DNA of 64,000 nucleotides from Tubulanus polymorphus (Eukaryota > Animalia > Nemertea), in NCBI RefSeq assembly GCF_964204645.1, contig NC_134030.1:12855947-12919946 (forward strand), read 5' to 3'. Under the pieces are notes generated by a model. It made no database searches and was not told where the DNA came from. It saw only the letters and a program-made list of their open reading frames with translations. Below, piece by piece: positions 1-12,350 of this stretch. Position 1 is the stretch's first letter; each line of letters begins with the position of its first letter. Made by a program: the position numbers and the translations under genes.

Positions 1-536
1 ATACTACAGAATATCAGGTGATAAAATTGATAACACACAAGCAAAAATATAATTCTCGGCGGCATAGAGAATTAGTAGTGAGTTTAATTGTTATTTGATT
101 TGAAACATATAAAAGTTTAATATTTTAAAAATGATTATAAAATATTAAATATTTATCAATTTTTTAGTTTTTTTCTTAAATTATAAATGGATGGTTTTAT
201 TTTCAACTGGGAAAAGTGATTTGAAACATTATTGGTACACGAATTTGGTACATTTAGTCTTCCGACATTAAGTCTTTGTACATTTAGTTTCCATCCAATT
301 AGTCTTCTGACAATTAGTCTTCCAAATTGGGACATTTAGTCTTCCTTCGTAGGTACGGTAGGTACAGTAGGGAGGTACAGTTAGTGGAAGCCTGAAACCT
401 GGGGTTTATTATCTTAAAATACTGATAATATGGCTGAATTCTCTTCACATTTTCTTGTTACCAAAAATATATCTGAGGACAACAATAGATTAGTTGCTCT
501 TTAGGAACTGCATAATTTGATAAGCTAGCGGGAACA

Positions 537-860
537 AATGATTTCAGTTCACAATCATGTAGGGTTATTGTTAAATGATGCTAGATTAAAGGGAACTGTT
601 TAATCAATTGATTAGTTATTCTTTAATCTAAGGAAACAATACATATAGCCTAAACAGGCCAATGAGTACTAATGATTTCAGTTCACATGTAGGGTTATTG
701 TTAAAAGAGGCTAGATTAAAGGGAACTAATTAATTAGTTATTCTTTAATCTAATGAAACAATACATATAGCCTAAGCAGGCTAATGAGTACCAATGATTT
801 CAGTTCACGTGTAGGGTTATTGTTAAAAGAGGCTAGATTAAAGGGAACTAATTAATTAAT
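537..860. repeat. ~125-bp tandem repeat, about 2.6 copies, inside the MULE
   Basis: AATGATTTCAGTTCAC..TGTAGGGTTATTGTTAAA..GCTAGATTAAAGGGAACT recurs at ~537, ~671 and ~793. Confidence 0.85.
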
Positions 861-1275
861 TAATTATTAAGAAGATTTTAATTCTGGAACCCCAAAAAAT
901 AAACTTAGGAAAACTCAATTTCATTTCTTACTTTTTCCCTTTTGCTCTTTAAAAATTTACTTTACATGTTATTGCTTCGCGGATGATAGCACAATATGCA
1001 AGCGCAAAGACTGTTCATGCATTATAATCAATTGATCGACTAATTAACTATTGGATAGGCTTAAATCAATAATTGTGATAAGATGTTCACGCAACTAATT
1101 GATAACTAATGAAGTGACGATATAGTCATAACTCAGACAATTTTTTTGCTTTTGATCATCATTCAATCAGTAATTTATCAGCAATTAGGCCCTACTGAAT
1201 CATATATAAGGGGCTATTTTCAAATGTCATTTAGTCCAATATTTAACCCCATGCTTAAAGCACAGCTCTCAGAAG

Positions 1276-2690
1276 ATGGAAATAATTGAAAGTACCCGAG
1301 GTGGCCAGGAGTTGTGTTACAGTGGTTACATGTATACAAAGCAATACACCAAAAAAGAAAGTATTCGCTGGGTGTGTGAAAAAGAAATGATTAATGACGA
1401 GTAAAGAAATCACTGGACCTAGAGAAACCGCAGAACATAGTCATTGTAGAGATATGACTGAAATTGAAGTAACTAAAGCAAGATTTCAAACGAAGAAACG
1501 AGCTGAAAATACGAGAGAAATTCCAATTCAAATACATTCAGAAATAATTTCAAGACTTAACAACCCAGATGTACAAAGCCGATTACCTCACGCTGATACA
1601 TGCAAGAAAGTAATGCAAAGAGTTCGACGCAAGAAATATCAAAAAGATCCTGCAACCCATGATGAGCTGTTCATTACAGATACATGGTCTCTAACCCGAG
1701 AGGATGGAGAAGAGTTCCTGATGTACGATAACGCGAGCACAACATCAAGAATCATGATTTTGGCAACAGACATATGTTTGAAAAAACACTGTGAACCTGA
1801 TACGTGGTTCATGGACGGAAATTTCCAGATGGCACCAACTTTGTTCGAACAGTTGTATGTAATCCATGTCCCTCTGGCTAATTCTGCTATTTCAACCGTT
1901 TATGCATTCCTTCAAAGGAAAACTCAGGAAACTTATGAAGAATTTCTCACCGTATTATGTGAAAAGTGCGATGACAAGGGACTATTTCTCTCGCCGAAAA
2001 CTGTTGTGATAGATTTTGAGTTGGCAGTTCTCAATGCAACAAAATCTGTGTTTAGTGATATTGAAATAAGAGGATGCTTCTATCATTTATCCCAGTGTAT
2101 ATATCGTAAGATTCAAAACCTTGGACTTGCTACTATGTACAGGGACGATAAAGATTTTCAGTTATTCTGTGGATAGTTAAATGGACTGGCCTTCTTGACT
2201 GTGGATGATGTTGAATCCGGATACAATCATATACGCGAGACTGCTCCAGAAGAGGCAGCTGAGCTTGTTGATTACTTCGGCAGTAACTTTGTTTCAACGT
2301 ACCGTAAAATCCGTGCTCCAGGTGGACTGTTCCGTTTAAAGCGTGTTCCCCCACAGTATCCTCCAAAGACCTGGAACATGCATACTGTTACCATAAATTC
2401 TGAGGACAGAACAAACAAGTTGTCAGAGGCTTTGAACAATAAATTCCGTATATTTGTCGGAACAAAACATCCCTCTATCTGGCGTGCTATCGAATGCTTG
2501 CAGCAGGAAAATTGCGTTGTTGAAACTCTTCTGGCACAAATGGAAGCTGGGAATCCACCGAAAAAAACGTGTCAAACGAAATTACGTTCAGCTACAAAAT
2601 CGGCTGAAAAACCTCTGTGAGCAACATCGCGATGGTAAATCAAGTATAGTTCACTTTTTGCGTCGTGTTGGACGCAACCTGCGAAATTAG
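1276..2690 (+). pseudogene. FLYWCH-MULE DDE transposase pseudogene
   Basis: MEIIESTRGGQELCYSGYMYTK..IRWVC (FLYWCH-like), WFMDGNF, VVIDFE, GCFYHLSQ (CxxH), RTNKLSEALN, HPSIW; frameshift ~1390, TAG at 2174-2176, frameshift ~2570. Confidence 0.9.
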
Positions 2691-3081
2691 CGGACAAATG
2701 AATAATGAAAACTGTGCTGAAGATTGTGCTTTCTTGTATTATTGTGAATATGTTGCTGCAATATTGTAAATATCTTGTAAATATTGGTTCTTGTACATAT
2801 GCAACTTAATAAAAACATTTATAAGTGAAGTGAATTTAATTTATTGTTTTTCAATCAAAGTTAGTACTATACCATACAACCATATCAACACTTAGTACAA
2901 TACCATACATTAAACAATCTTAACCCATAGACTGAGTCCTATGAGCAGGTAATTAGTTATATCAGGAAGACTAATTGTCTTGGGTTGGTGATATCAAAGA
3001 GGACTAATTGTCAGAAGACCAAGTGGAAAAGACTAAATGTCCGGGAGACTAAATGTCAGAAGACTAAATGGGTGAATTCCC

Positions 3082-6000
3082 TCTGACACATACCATAGTA
3101 TAAAAGAATAAATGAATTTATGACTTTCCTTTGTAGTATAGTTTTGTCTGACGCCATTGGTTTAATATGTTTGATACTGTGCTGGCTTTTCGTTCCCAGT
3201 TCAGCTTAGCTATGTCATCTTGTCCAAAATACATGCCGTATATTTTTATATGTTTGTTCGACCATTTAAGGTTCTAAGGACTGTCAGTTCTATTTTTGGA
3301 GGCACCTATCCTTAAACATTCCGTTTTTTGGTGGTTCACTTTAGCACCGGAAGCTTTTTCGAAATCAGATAAAACATTCCTCAATTGATTTGATGCTGGT
3401 TAAAGTTAAGGTATTGTCATCAGCAAACTGTTTCATTTTACAAATACTGTCATCCGGTAACTTAATTCCTTTAATCCTCAGCGTTACGTCTGATTTTTTT
3501 ATTTGATAAAGTTTCAGCGATGATGACGTATAGCAACGCGCTCATCGGGCATCCCTGTCTAACTCCCCGTTCGAGGGAAAAGGGGGCTGTTAGGAATGAA
3601 TGTAGGTAAAAATCCCCCCGGTAAATATCCCCCCGGTAAAATTCCCACAAGGTAAAAATCCCCCCAAGTAAAAATCCCCCCGGTAAAAATCCCCCCGGTA
3701 AAAATCCCCCCTAGGTAAAAATCCCCCCTGGTAAAAATCCCCCCATATCCACTTTTCTATAAAACTAGAGTAGGAAAAATTAACTTTTTACAACATTATT
3801 TAGGAATACATAAGTACATTAGATATTTTATTAAACCAAACTTACCAAGGGATTAGAACAGCCATTTCTATTGTTCAATAATTTCAAATGCCTTAAATTA
3901 TCTTAGGGGTAATCACTCCGGTGCCCATAAAATCAAAGATGTTAATAACTGTAAACTAGATAATTCCGCGACTAGATAATTCTTAAGTAATAATTATTCA
4001 TTTTCAACAGTGACCACTCCTAATTAGCCACTTTAGTTTAAATGACCAATTTCAATCAACTGACTCGTACCCTTAGAATAAGTATTTTGTCTCTACAGTA
4101 ATTATTCTTAAATTATCTTAGGGGCAATCACTCCAGTGCCCAAAAAATCAAAGAAGTTAATAACTGTAAATCAAATGGGTTGGCTCCGTGACTAAATAAC
4201 TCTTAAGTAATATTTATCCTTTTTCAACAGTGGCCACTCTTTAATTAGCAAGTAGGCTAGTTTAAATGACCGAATTCAATCAACTGACTCGTACCCCTAG
4301 AATAAGTATTTTGTCTCTACACTTATTATTCTTTATTAAACGTTTGGTAACCGTATTTAATGGATGGAATTACTATACTAGAGTTAAATAAAGCAATAAA
4401 GTGCAATAAAATTTCGAATCTATATTTTTTTAAACATAATAGCTGTTGAAAATTTTAGTGAAATCAATTATAGGGGGATTTTTACCACGGGGGATTTTTA
4501 CCTAGGGGGGATTTTTACCGGGGGGATATTTACCGGGGGATTTTTACCGGGGGGATTTTAACTGGGGGGATTTTTACCTGTTACTGTTAGGAATCCATTA
4601 CTTATAATTTGCGATTTAGGGTCAATATAGCACATTTTAATGTATTTGATCATATTTTCACCGATTCCGAATGCTTCAAGGGATTTAAACATAAAGGACC
4701 AGTCGACCCGATCAAAGGCCTTCATCTGGTCGATGGCTATTAAAAATGCCTCAATATTTTCATCTTCTGTGTATTGAATTATATCTCGAATTATATGGCA
4801 ATTATCATGGATCCGCCTGCCTTTTACGTTGCATGTTTGACCAGGGTCAATTATATCCGTCATTACTTTGATTAACCTGTTTGTTAGAGTTTAAGTTATT
4901 ATTTTATAATCATTACATAGTAATGTGATTGGTCTCCAGTTTTCTAGGCGCGCTTTTTCGTTCTTTTTGTGGATTAGCGCGATGACGCCCATCTTCATAG
5001 AATCTGGAACCGTATTTTGGTTTATACATTCACACACTACTTGATGAAAGTCACTTTGTAGGATATTCCAGAGTTTCCTATAAAAGTTAATTGATATTCC
5101 GTCAAAACCAGGCGACTTATCTAATTTAAACGATTTTAGAGAGTCCGTTAGTTCTTTAAGCGTAATAAATAACATCAATCATTCCTGGGTTTTGAACTTG
5201 AGGTAGGTTTTCTAAAAAAAAGTCTGAAGTGGTCTATTGGTTCTTTGTTCTACAATTCTTTATAGAACTTAACTTTGATATCCATTATCTCACTTTGATT
5301 AGTTTTAAGTTTATTTTTTTCATTATACAGCGCATTTACATGGTTAATCTTTCCTTTTCTCTAAGTTGGCGAAGAATTTCGATGTTTTTTCTCCTTCCTC
5401 TCTCCACTCAATTTTGGATCGTATTATTTTCCCTTTTGTTTTATTGTCATCAATTTGTTTAATTATGGTTTCAATATTCTTCAATCTATTATGATCGTAG
5501 TTCTGACCCTTACTTGCCCGACTCTCTAAAATATATAATTCGTTTTCGAGTTTACGCTTTAGTTCGTTCCTAGATCTAGAAGTGTCTCATGCAAATTTAA
5601 TAGTTTTAGATTTAATAAGCTTTTTACCATCATCCCACCATTCGAGTATATTATCATAAACTCCTCTGTGCCTTTGCCACTTTTTCCAAGTGTCCGTAAT
5701 CATGTCACCATAATTTTCATTATTAAGCAAATCATTGTTCAAATGCCAGAACCCCTTGCCACGTTGAGGTTGGTTTGTGTGTAATGTCATTGACACTAAT
5801 TTGTGGTCTGAGTGTATCGAGTTAAGGTGTTCTATTGTTTCTACATCATTTGTGGCATATTGAGAAACGTAAAATCTATCAATTCGTGTTCTGGTTATCG
5901 TATTGTTGACCTTTGTTATTCTAGTAAACCCTTGTTTCAGGGGATTTAGTGACCTGAATGGATCTTCCAATCAATACAAATCGCACAATTGTCCGATCTG

Positions 6001-6460
6001 TTCGGTGCCAATAGTTATTCTAGGGTTTGAATGAACCGATTGTCGATCTAGGGAATAGTTTTCGATAGAATTGAAATCTCCCCCGACAATTAATTTTGCG
6101 TTCTCTGATTTTTTGACAATCTTTGGTAAAGATTGGAAGAATTCCTTTTTTTTGTTTTTCCTTATTCGGGGCATGTATATTCAAGATTTTGAATTTTTCA
6201 TTCCCAATTAATAAATTTGCAGAAATAGTACGTGCGTGTGTATCTTTAGTATAGCTCGTCAGTTTAAAATCGATTTTCCTACTTATGCCTATAGCGACTC
6301 CGTAAACACGATTGGCATAATTATTCCTTATGATTTCGAAGTCGTTCATCAGAATTTTAAAAAACTTATTTTCCTCTTCATCACTCTTAATATGCGTTTC
6401 TTGCAACAAAAAAAATATCGTTTCGATTTATCCTATCGAAAATGTTCAGTCTCTTAATTT
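3082..6460 (-). mobile_element. L1/Tx1-clade non-LTR retrotransposon ORF2 (APE endonuclease + RT), decayed and 5'-truncated
   Basis: LQETH, GGDFN, RIDRFY, SDH, GKGFWHLNNDLL, KSPGFDG, WRPITLLCNDYKI, DQMKAFDRV, GVRQGCPMS, QFADD; many frameshifts and stops; interrupted at 3598-4584. Confidence 0.9.
3598..4584. mobile_element. Non-autonomous foldback (Phantom/MULE-type) element inserted in the LINE RT
   Basis: TIRs of GGTAAAAATCCCCCC repeats; TSD TGTTAGGAAT at 3588-3597 and 4585-4594; removing it restores ISNGFLTAPFSLERGVRQG; internal ~215-bp direct repeat. Confidence 0.9.
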
Positions 6461-6505
6461 TGGAGTTTACAAGTTACTATTTATTATTATAGAAAATATC
6501 AATTA

Positions 6506-7219
6506 TTATTTACATCTTATAACTATCTAATAAATTACAGGAAAATCATTTAAATTCATTAGATATCCATCATGATTTCTTATCTCTAATCTAGAATTAT
6601 GAAATCTTGCTATACACGGTTTAAAATCGCATTCAGATAAATCATAATTAATTTGCATACCGAATTCTCCAAAGATAGAATATTTAATATGCTAGAATTA
6701 CAAGTTGTATATTTATCAGCTTCAAAAGTTGGTTCTATTAAGTTCCAATAAATATAAAAATGCGAAGAAGGTATTAAATTCGGCGAACAATCGACAGTAT
6801 TACATCTTATATTAAGTGTAATTCCTAACAATTTTGCTACAGGTTTTTTTTTCTAAAATGTATGATTATAATTAGCTAACTTTATCCTCATTCTATTAGT
6901 AGTATTACTTTTCAAAAATTTCATACCAAATCCTGCATCAACTCCCATTTTTAACCGAGCTCTTCTATTAATTTCGTGATAAAATGTTTCTAAATTATAT
7001 AATTCAGGTTTGAAAATATATGATACCACTAATCTGATTTTTCATCATAAACAACTCAAAAAAATCTATGCCCAAGAGTTTCATTAGATATGTCATCAAA
7101 AGAATTACAAAAACTTATATTTACTGATTTCATATCAATACAATTTTTAGATTCTTTATCTAATTGGATTTTTTGTAAATTAAGAGATTTTTGATTGCAC
7201 TGTTATCTATAAATAACAT
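6506..7219 (-). pseudogene. Decayed Polinton/Maverick/PLV-like minor capsid (penton) gene
   Basis: Fragments across frames: QLDKESKNCIDMKSVNISFCNSFDDISNETLGHRFF; YIFKPELYNLETFYHEINRR; NPVAKLLGIT; SHFYIYWNLIEPTF..SSILNIL; LEIRNHDGYLMNLNDFPVIY*IVIR. Motif order matches recalled single-jelly-roll pentons. Confidence 0.5.
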
Positions 7220-7265
7220 ATATTCTACATTCTTTTAATCTATTTTGCATTTATTTTACATCTTT

Positions 7266-7472
7266 TTAAAATTCGAAATCTATATCATGACATCCTTTTT
7301 CATTCTTTCCTTTATATATGAAATAGAAATCCCCAAAACATAATTCTTCAATATCTTTACTAGATATTCTATGAAATCTATCTGGTAAATACGTTCTGAA
7401 TTTATATTTAATTCCTTTTAATCCTTCATATTCTAAATGAATTACTGATTTATATAAATATGAAAATTTCAT
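7266..7472 (-). other. Short AT-rich ORF immediately upstream of the penton-like relic, possibly from the same virus-like element
   Basis: 68-aa ORF on the same strand with the same extreme AT content, ~45 bp from the penton-like start. Confidence 0.25.
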
Positions 7473-10117
7473 ATTTTCTTATTTACATTTATAAATTACA
7501 ATAAAAGTCTAGTCGTTATTTATTTTATGCCTGGTCACTGTATGCCTATTAGTTCCTGATCCACTGGTGAAACGCTCGTCTTTGCAACAACATGTCAGCA
7601 ACAACAGTACTTCTGTCATGTCTTGTAGATGTCATGTCTGGTTTCTTAAACAGCAATTTCCATGATACATGTTTTGTTTTATTGGTCAGAACCTTACTTT
7701 GTAAAAACCGCAGATCCATGAGAGAGTTAAACCAGCAATGCATGGGTAAAGATGCTCTCCAACCCCATCCATAATGTAGTCGGAAAATTTTTTCTCAGGT
7801 AATCAGCCATCTGACATGCGAAAGGAAGAATAAATAACACAAAAGGTGAGGAGGTGAAATCATGTATTCAATGCATAGAGAAACGATCTTGAAAATAACA
7901 TCTTCTATAAACATCAGTCATTTACATATGGCATCATTTTCCTTATTGAATCCAAATTGGTAAACTGTGCAAAGTTTGACGTCAAAAGAAAACATCTCCT
8001 ACATTTCTTAAGTTTTAACATCGTTTGAAGACACATATCCATGCATTAACCCGAGTCGGAAAGACAGACGCGCTGAAGTGGTAAATATCAATTTCGCACT
8101 ATATCGCACTATTTTTAACAGAGCCTCAATGAAAAACTGACAAAATATCGTTTACAGAGTTGAGCTAGTTGCTTACTATTTGGTTGGTTTATATAATATA
8201 CGTATCAATGACAATGACTGCGTCACTATGATGTTTAACCGATAATCAACTATTTTGCAAACTATTAAGATCATAACAATATCATTCAAAGATAACGATT
8301 TTACATTTGAATTTTCGTAGACTTGTGGTTAGCTATATCCAGTAACAAAGGTTGCCTATTGGGGGGAATAATGGCAGATTCAAATGTACTCAACACATGT
8401 TTGTTCAATTATGTGCAGACAACAGTGCGTTAAATACATAAACGTTTTATTAGAAGCTGAAATATATCAAGGCCTTTGGAGTATTTCTTTAGTTCTCACG
8501 CTTGATCGAGTGAACATAGGTACTTGGGAGGCAATAGTATTACAGTTACAGTAGGCCTACGAATTATATTACTACGTCTTTGTCCGAACGAACACTTGAT
8601 ACGCTGGAACGCTTGAAGTGAAGTTATGTATAAATGGTCGTTAATGTATACAAGGCCGTGACAGGCGTAGTAATAATGATATCCATAGGCCTGCTATAAT
8701 AGGCCTATATGACTATAAAAATACCATCCAACCATGTCTTCTTGAATGCAACCATGTCTTCAGCCTGATCCCTTCGGCGTTACAGAATACCCCAATATTA
8801 TATGAAAAGCACAGCAAATTAGTATTTAACAGTACTAAGGAAATGACAAAAATGCCAGTACAAAATGTCCATTCGTCATATGCATTATAATTGCTCCTAA
8901 TAGAATTTCGAAAGTGAAAAAAAAGTCGGACGGAAACTTTGTTGACGGTCACGCACGTTGCCACTGTGATGCCGCTGGTGAGGTGAGATCTGGTTAGCAA
9001 TAATAAAAAGTTACCTTAATATCCGCTACGATAACATGAGAAAGACGTTGCTCTCTAAGACCATAGTCTAGTATATGAAGTTTTTTCAAACCCATATAAA
9101 AGCTAGGGACACTTGCGGAGGCTGTATCGTGCCATTAAGTATAAAGTTACTACAAAACATTTGAAGATTTGATGCAATAATTACCACCAATTTAGAACTG
9201 GTAGCCCGTTTCTATGACAAATGTTTTAAGGCCAAGGGCTTATCACCCACCATTAAAGTGTTGGAGTAGATATTAAGTGCCCTTGTTTACAAATAACAAA
9301 TATGCCATCAATAAAAAGCCTATATGGGTGGTGGAACGTAAGTAAAGGTTAATCGCTACCAAATAATTGTACAAGGAACAGATCTTCACTGACGAAGACA
9401 GCTTAGTCCAGAGATTAGGCCTTTCGTTTTCAAACTACAGCGCATTTTCAAGAGTCTATACATTTCAGATTAATACAATAACTAGTAAATCTATTTTGAA
9501 ATAGTGATGAATGTTTATCTATTGGGTGTCAAAAGAATCATGAAATGCTTAAATGTAACTAATCATTAGCTCAACATGATAATGTCAGCTTCCTCCGTTG
9601 GAATAATCTTAAAAACTCTGCCATATGCATGTAAACAATTCAAATACTTATGGGTAAAATTTCCCATCCGCAGTGGCTTCATATGTTTCGAAGGTAGCCC
9701 ACGTTGGATGACAGGCATAAGCTATTGTGGTTTTATATTGCCCTGGATAAATATTCTGCAATTGAAGCTGAAACTATTTCTTCGCCTCAGACAAGAACAC
9801 GAACGTAGGTCCTGTTGGCAACCATGATCCATTCGTAACAAACCAAAAAAATCATATGCGAGGGAAATCCACGTAACTAGTATGTATGTCCTTTGTGCAA
9901 GGGGCGATACAGTAAGAATCTATCAATGTGGTGTATATCTTTTTTCAAATTCGGCCGCTTCCTGTTTCAAAAAATGATAATACATTGAACATTGTCTTTA
10001 CATTTTATGCCACCACACCTTATCATTTAACGACGTAGACGAATGCCCTTGGTATTTTATGAGATGCACCACTAAATGATCAAGAGCATGCCCGATGGAT
10101 ATTAGCACGAACGAATT

Positions 10118-10147
10118 TTAACTTTCTCCATTTCCGTCATTCTGCCG
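10118..10147 (-). CDS. PDE9A: PDE9 probable terminal coding exon 17 (RQNDGNGES*)
   Basis: TTGTATTGTAG acceptor, phase 0, TAA stop; no homology support, chosen by position. Confidence 0.5.
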   Translation of the reverse strand, partial: RQNDGNGES

Positions 10148-10727
10148 CTACAATACAATATAAAAGTTAGTTAGAATTATCAAATGTGAGATTAGATGCA
10201 ATCACACTAGATATATTACCAGTCCATTTAAGTGTAGAAGTTTGAACGTACATGTATCACTCTAATTAATCTTTAACCAGAAAGAGGATCTCCGATGATT
10301 AGGAAAAAGTAACGTCCGAGACATTTCCTTGAGCTAGTAGTTTATTCCACGTTCCGACTATATTCTAATAGTCATCTTCAGAAATACAGTGTTCACCCCA
10401 AATGAGAACACTTATGAATAGTTACTGATACGACTGGGATTACTTTATTCTTTTTTTTGTATATAGATGTATTTATTAGAAAATAAGAGACGGGGCCATG
10501 TGTAAAATCCAGTGGAATAATGCACTGATGAAGGCAGATATCCATATATTGTGATGCAGTTCCTCATTTCGATATGATCTGAAAAGCCGCACAGGGAGAA
10601 TGGATGACATACGTATTTATTGATTGACTGGGTGACTGCGCGATAACGAGGTATACTGGGAGACTGGCCGACATGTCACCGAGTTGCCAAATCAACCAGT
10701 CACCCAGTAGTATTAAGGATCACTTAC

Positions 10728-10838
10728 CGCATTCAAAGCAGCTTCCTTTTTCGCGTCTTCAATTGCTTTCATCTCTTCATACCGAGATTGGGCCTCTTTG
10801 AGCTGCCTTACCATCGTCTCATCGATTTGTCTAAATAA
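10728..10838 (-). CDS. PDE9A: PDE9 exon 16 (LFRQIDETMVRQLKEAQSRYEEMKAIEDAKKEAALNA)
   Basis: CAG/GTAAGT, 111 nt; matches the PDE9 C-terminal helix (RYEE). Confidence 0.9.
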
Positions 10839-10930
10839 CTGAAATGAATCGATTAAGTGTTTCTTTTTATTTCCCCATTTAGGGATGTAAGTTCTGAATA
10901 CAATGTGCTTAATTTGAAATGGTACAGTAC

Positions 10931-11059
10931 CTTGGCAACAGTTTCAAACATAGGAATGAGCACAAATTTTATGAAACCAATTTGAGCCGTTGGTTTAGTG
11001 ACTTTCTCCCTGTCCATAAATGGGGCAACTGGTAATCCTTCTGATTTTTCTCTGTCCGA
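10931..11059 (-). CDS. PDE9A: PDE9 exon 15 ([43 protein letters not shown])
   Basis: CAG/GT, 129 nt; nearly identical to PDE9A, includes the invariant Gln and clamp Phe (AQIGF). Confidence 0.97.
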
Positions 11060-11958
11060 CTGTAAAAGCGGAAGGTGATTAGTTAATTCCTTGAACGTCT
11101 AATCGTGGAACTACCTGCATTGAGTCATCAGATAGATATACTGATTGTTTGATTCCTCGAGGGTGGGTTATCTCATTTCAAATAAAGTTTTCCAACGATG
11201 ATGCGACCCTCATGTACAGCCTCGTGTCCGAATTGCGAGGACCTAAAAAGGACCTGAAACTGGGTTTTATAGTAGATTTAAACCATATTCTAAACCTGCG
11301 TATGAGCTATATTCTTAAAGGTCAACGCATGGGGCAAAACGTTCACAAGATTAACTTAATACCTTTGGTAGCGTCTGGTTGGGGTTTAGGGCCTTTTAAT
11401 TATTTGGAGTGCGGACTTTTTCAGGAAAAATGAGAGGGCGAAGGGGCAAAAATTGAAATTAAAAATGTTTTTACGATGGACGTTTTGAAATGGCGGGGAG
11501 CAGAAAAAGACAGAAAATTTTAATCATTTGAGTATTTTCCACATAAAAGTTTTTTTTAATCGAAAACTTGTGATGAATACACGGATGGCTGAAATTATTC
11601 AATTTGATGATTTCTGCAGAATTCTGGGAGGCGGGTCCGTATTAAAAAGGCCTTAAAGATCATAATTCGGTTATATAGAATCTAATATCGGTTTAATAGA
11701 ACGTTAGGACACCAAAACCTTAACCTTAATTTTAATAGAATGGACTAATTACTTTTCGGTGACACGTACAAAGTTAGAAAAAAACCATCGGTCATGAATG
11801 GAAGGCTATAACATCTTTTTTTCACATGGCCCCTGGAAGCCATGTTTACTGCAGCAATCTAATTTAATGTTATTTCTTAGACCTAGTTTATATCCTCGTA
11901 ACATTTCCTGATCGTACGTGAAATACTCCGGGAGTTATAGAAGGTGACAATATTGTGA

Positions 11959-12000
<42 letters not shown>
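11959..12000 (+). repeat. (GGC)14 microsatellite near the 3' end of a probable Helentron-associated (HINE-like) element (~11770-12050)
   Basis: Pure GGC run followed by a short GC-rich tail and an A run; the element assignment is inferred. Confidence 0.7.
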
Positions 12001-12245
12001 AGACAACATGAAATCTAAATGCCCCTACCCGCAGACGCAGGCATGAAAATAACCAGTATCAACTGTGGGCAAGAATTGGCTTAAAGGTTAAGGAGCCTAA
12101 GTTCCAGGCCTCATGTTAAAGACCCACCCACGTTGATAGGTTTCTGTGGGAGTAAGAGAATTTCAATCATAAAACCAATTGAACCGAAGTACCGAAATAC
12201 ACTGCGGAAACTTTGAATTCATTCTTTGCAAATGAATATAAATAC

Positions 12246-12350
12246 CTGGTTAAAGTATTCCTCTAGTAAACAATCGACCCACGGTTCAGATACAGACATA
12301 GGTCGTGTTTCGTTTGAAATGTCACAGCATTTTATGAGTACCATTTTCAA
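12246..12350 (-). CDS. PDE9A: PDE9 exon 14 ([35 protein letters not shown])
   Basis: CAG/GTATT, 105 nt; KCCDISN metal ligand motif and PDE9-type [10 protein letters not shown]. Confidence 0.97.

Larger units (their letters stand above)
241..3080 (+). mobile_element. Phantom-like Mutator (MULE) DNA transposon, defective
   Basis: Foldback termini built of ~15-bp ACATTTAGTCTTC repeats (241-345, inverted at ~2965-3080) around a FLYWCH+MULE transposase; no clear TSD. Confidence 0.8.

Noticed and set aside
180-240. Continuation of the L1/Tx1 ORF2 left of the MULE (join reads WYVSEVYQ)
   Set aside because: Immediate stop, no recognisable downstream motifs and no TSD; cannot be supported
9388-9415. 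CTGACGA-GAC..GTC hammerhead-like start
   Set aside because: GAAA box missing
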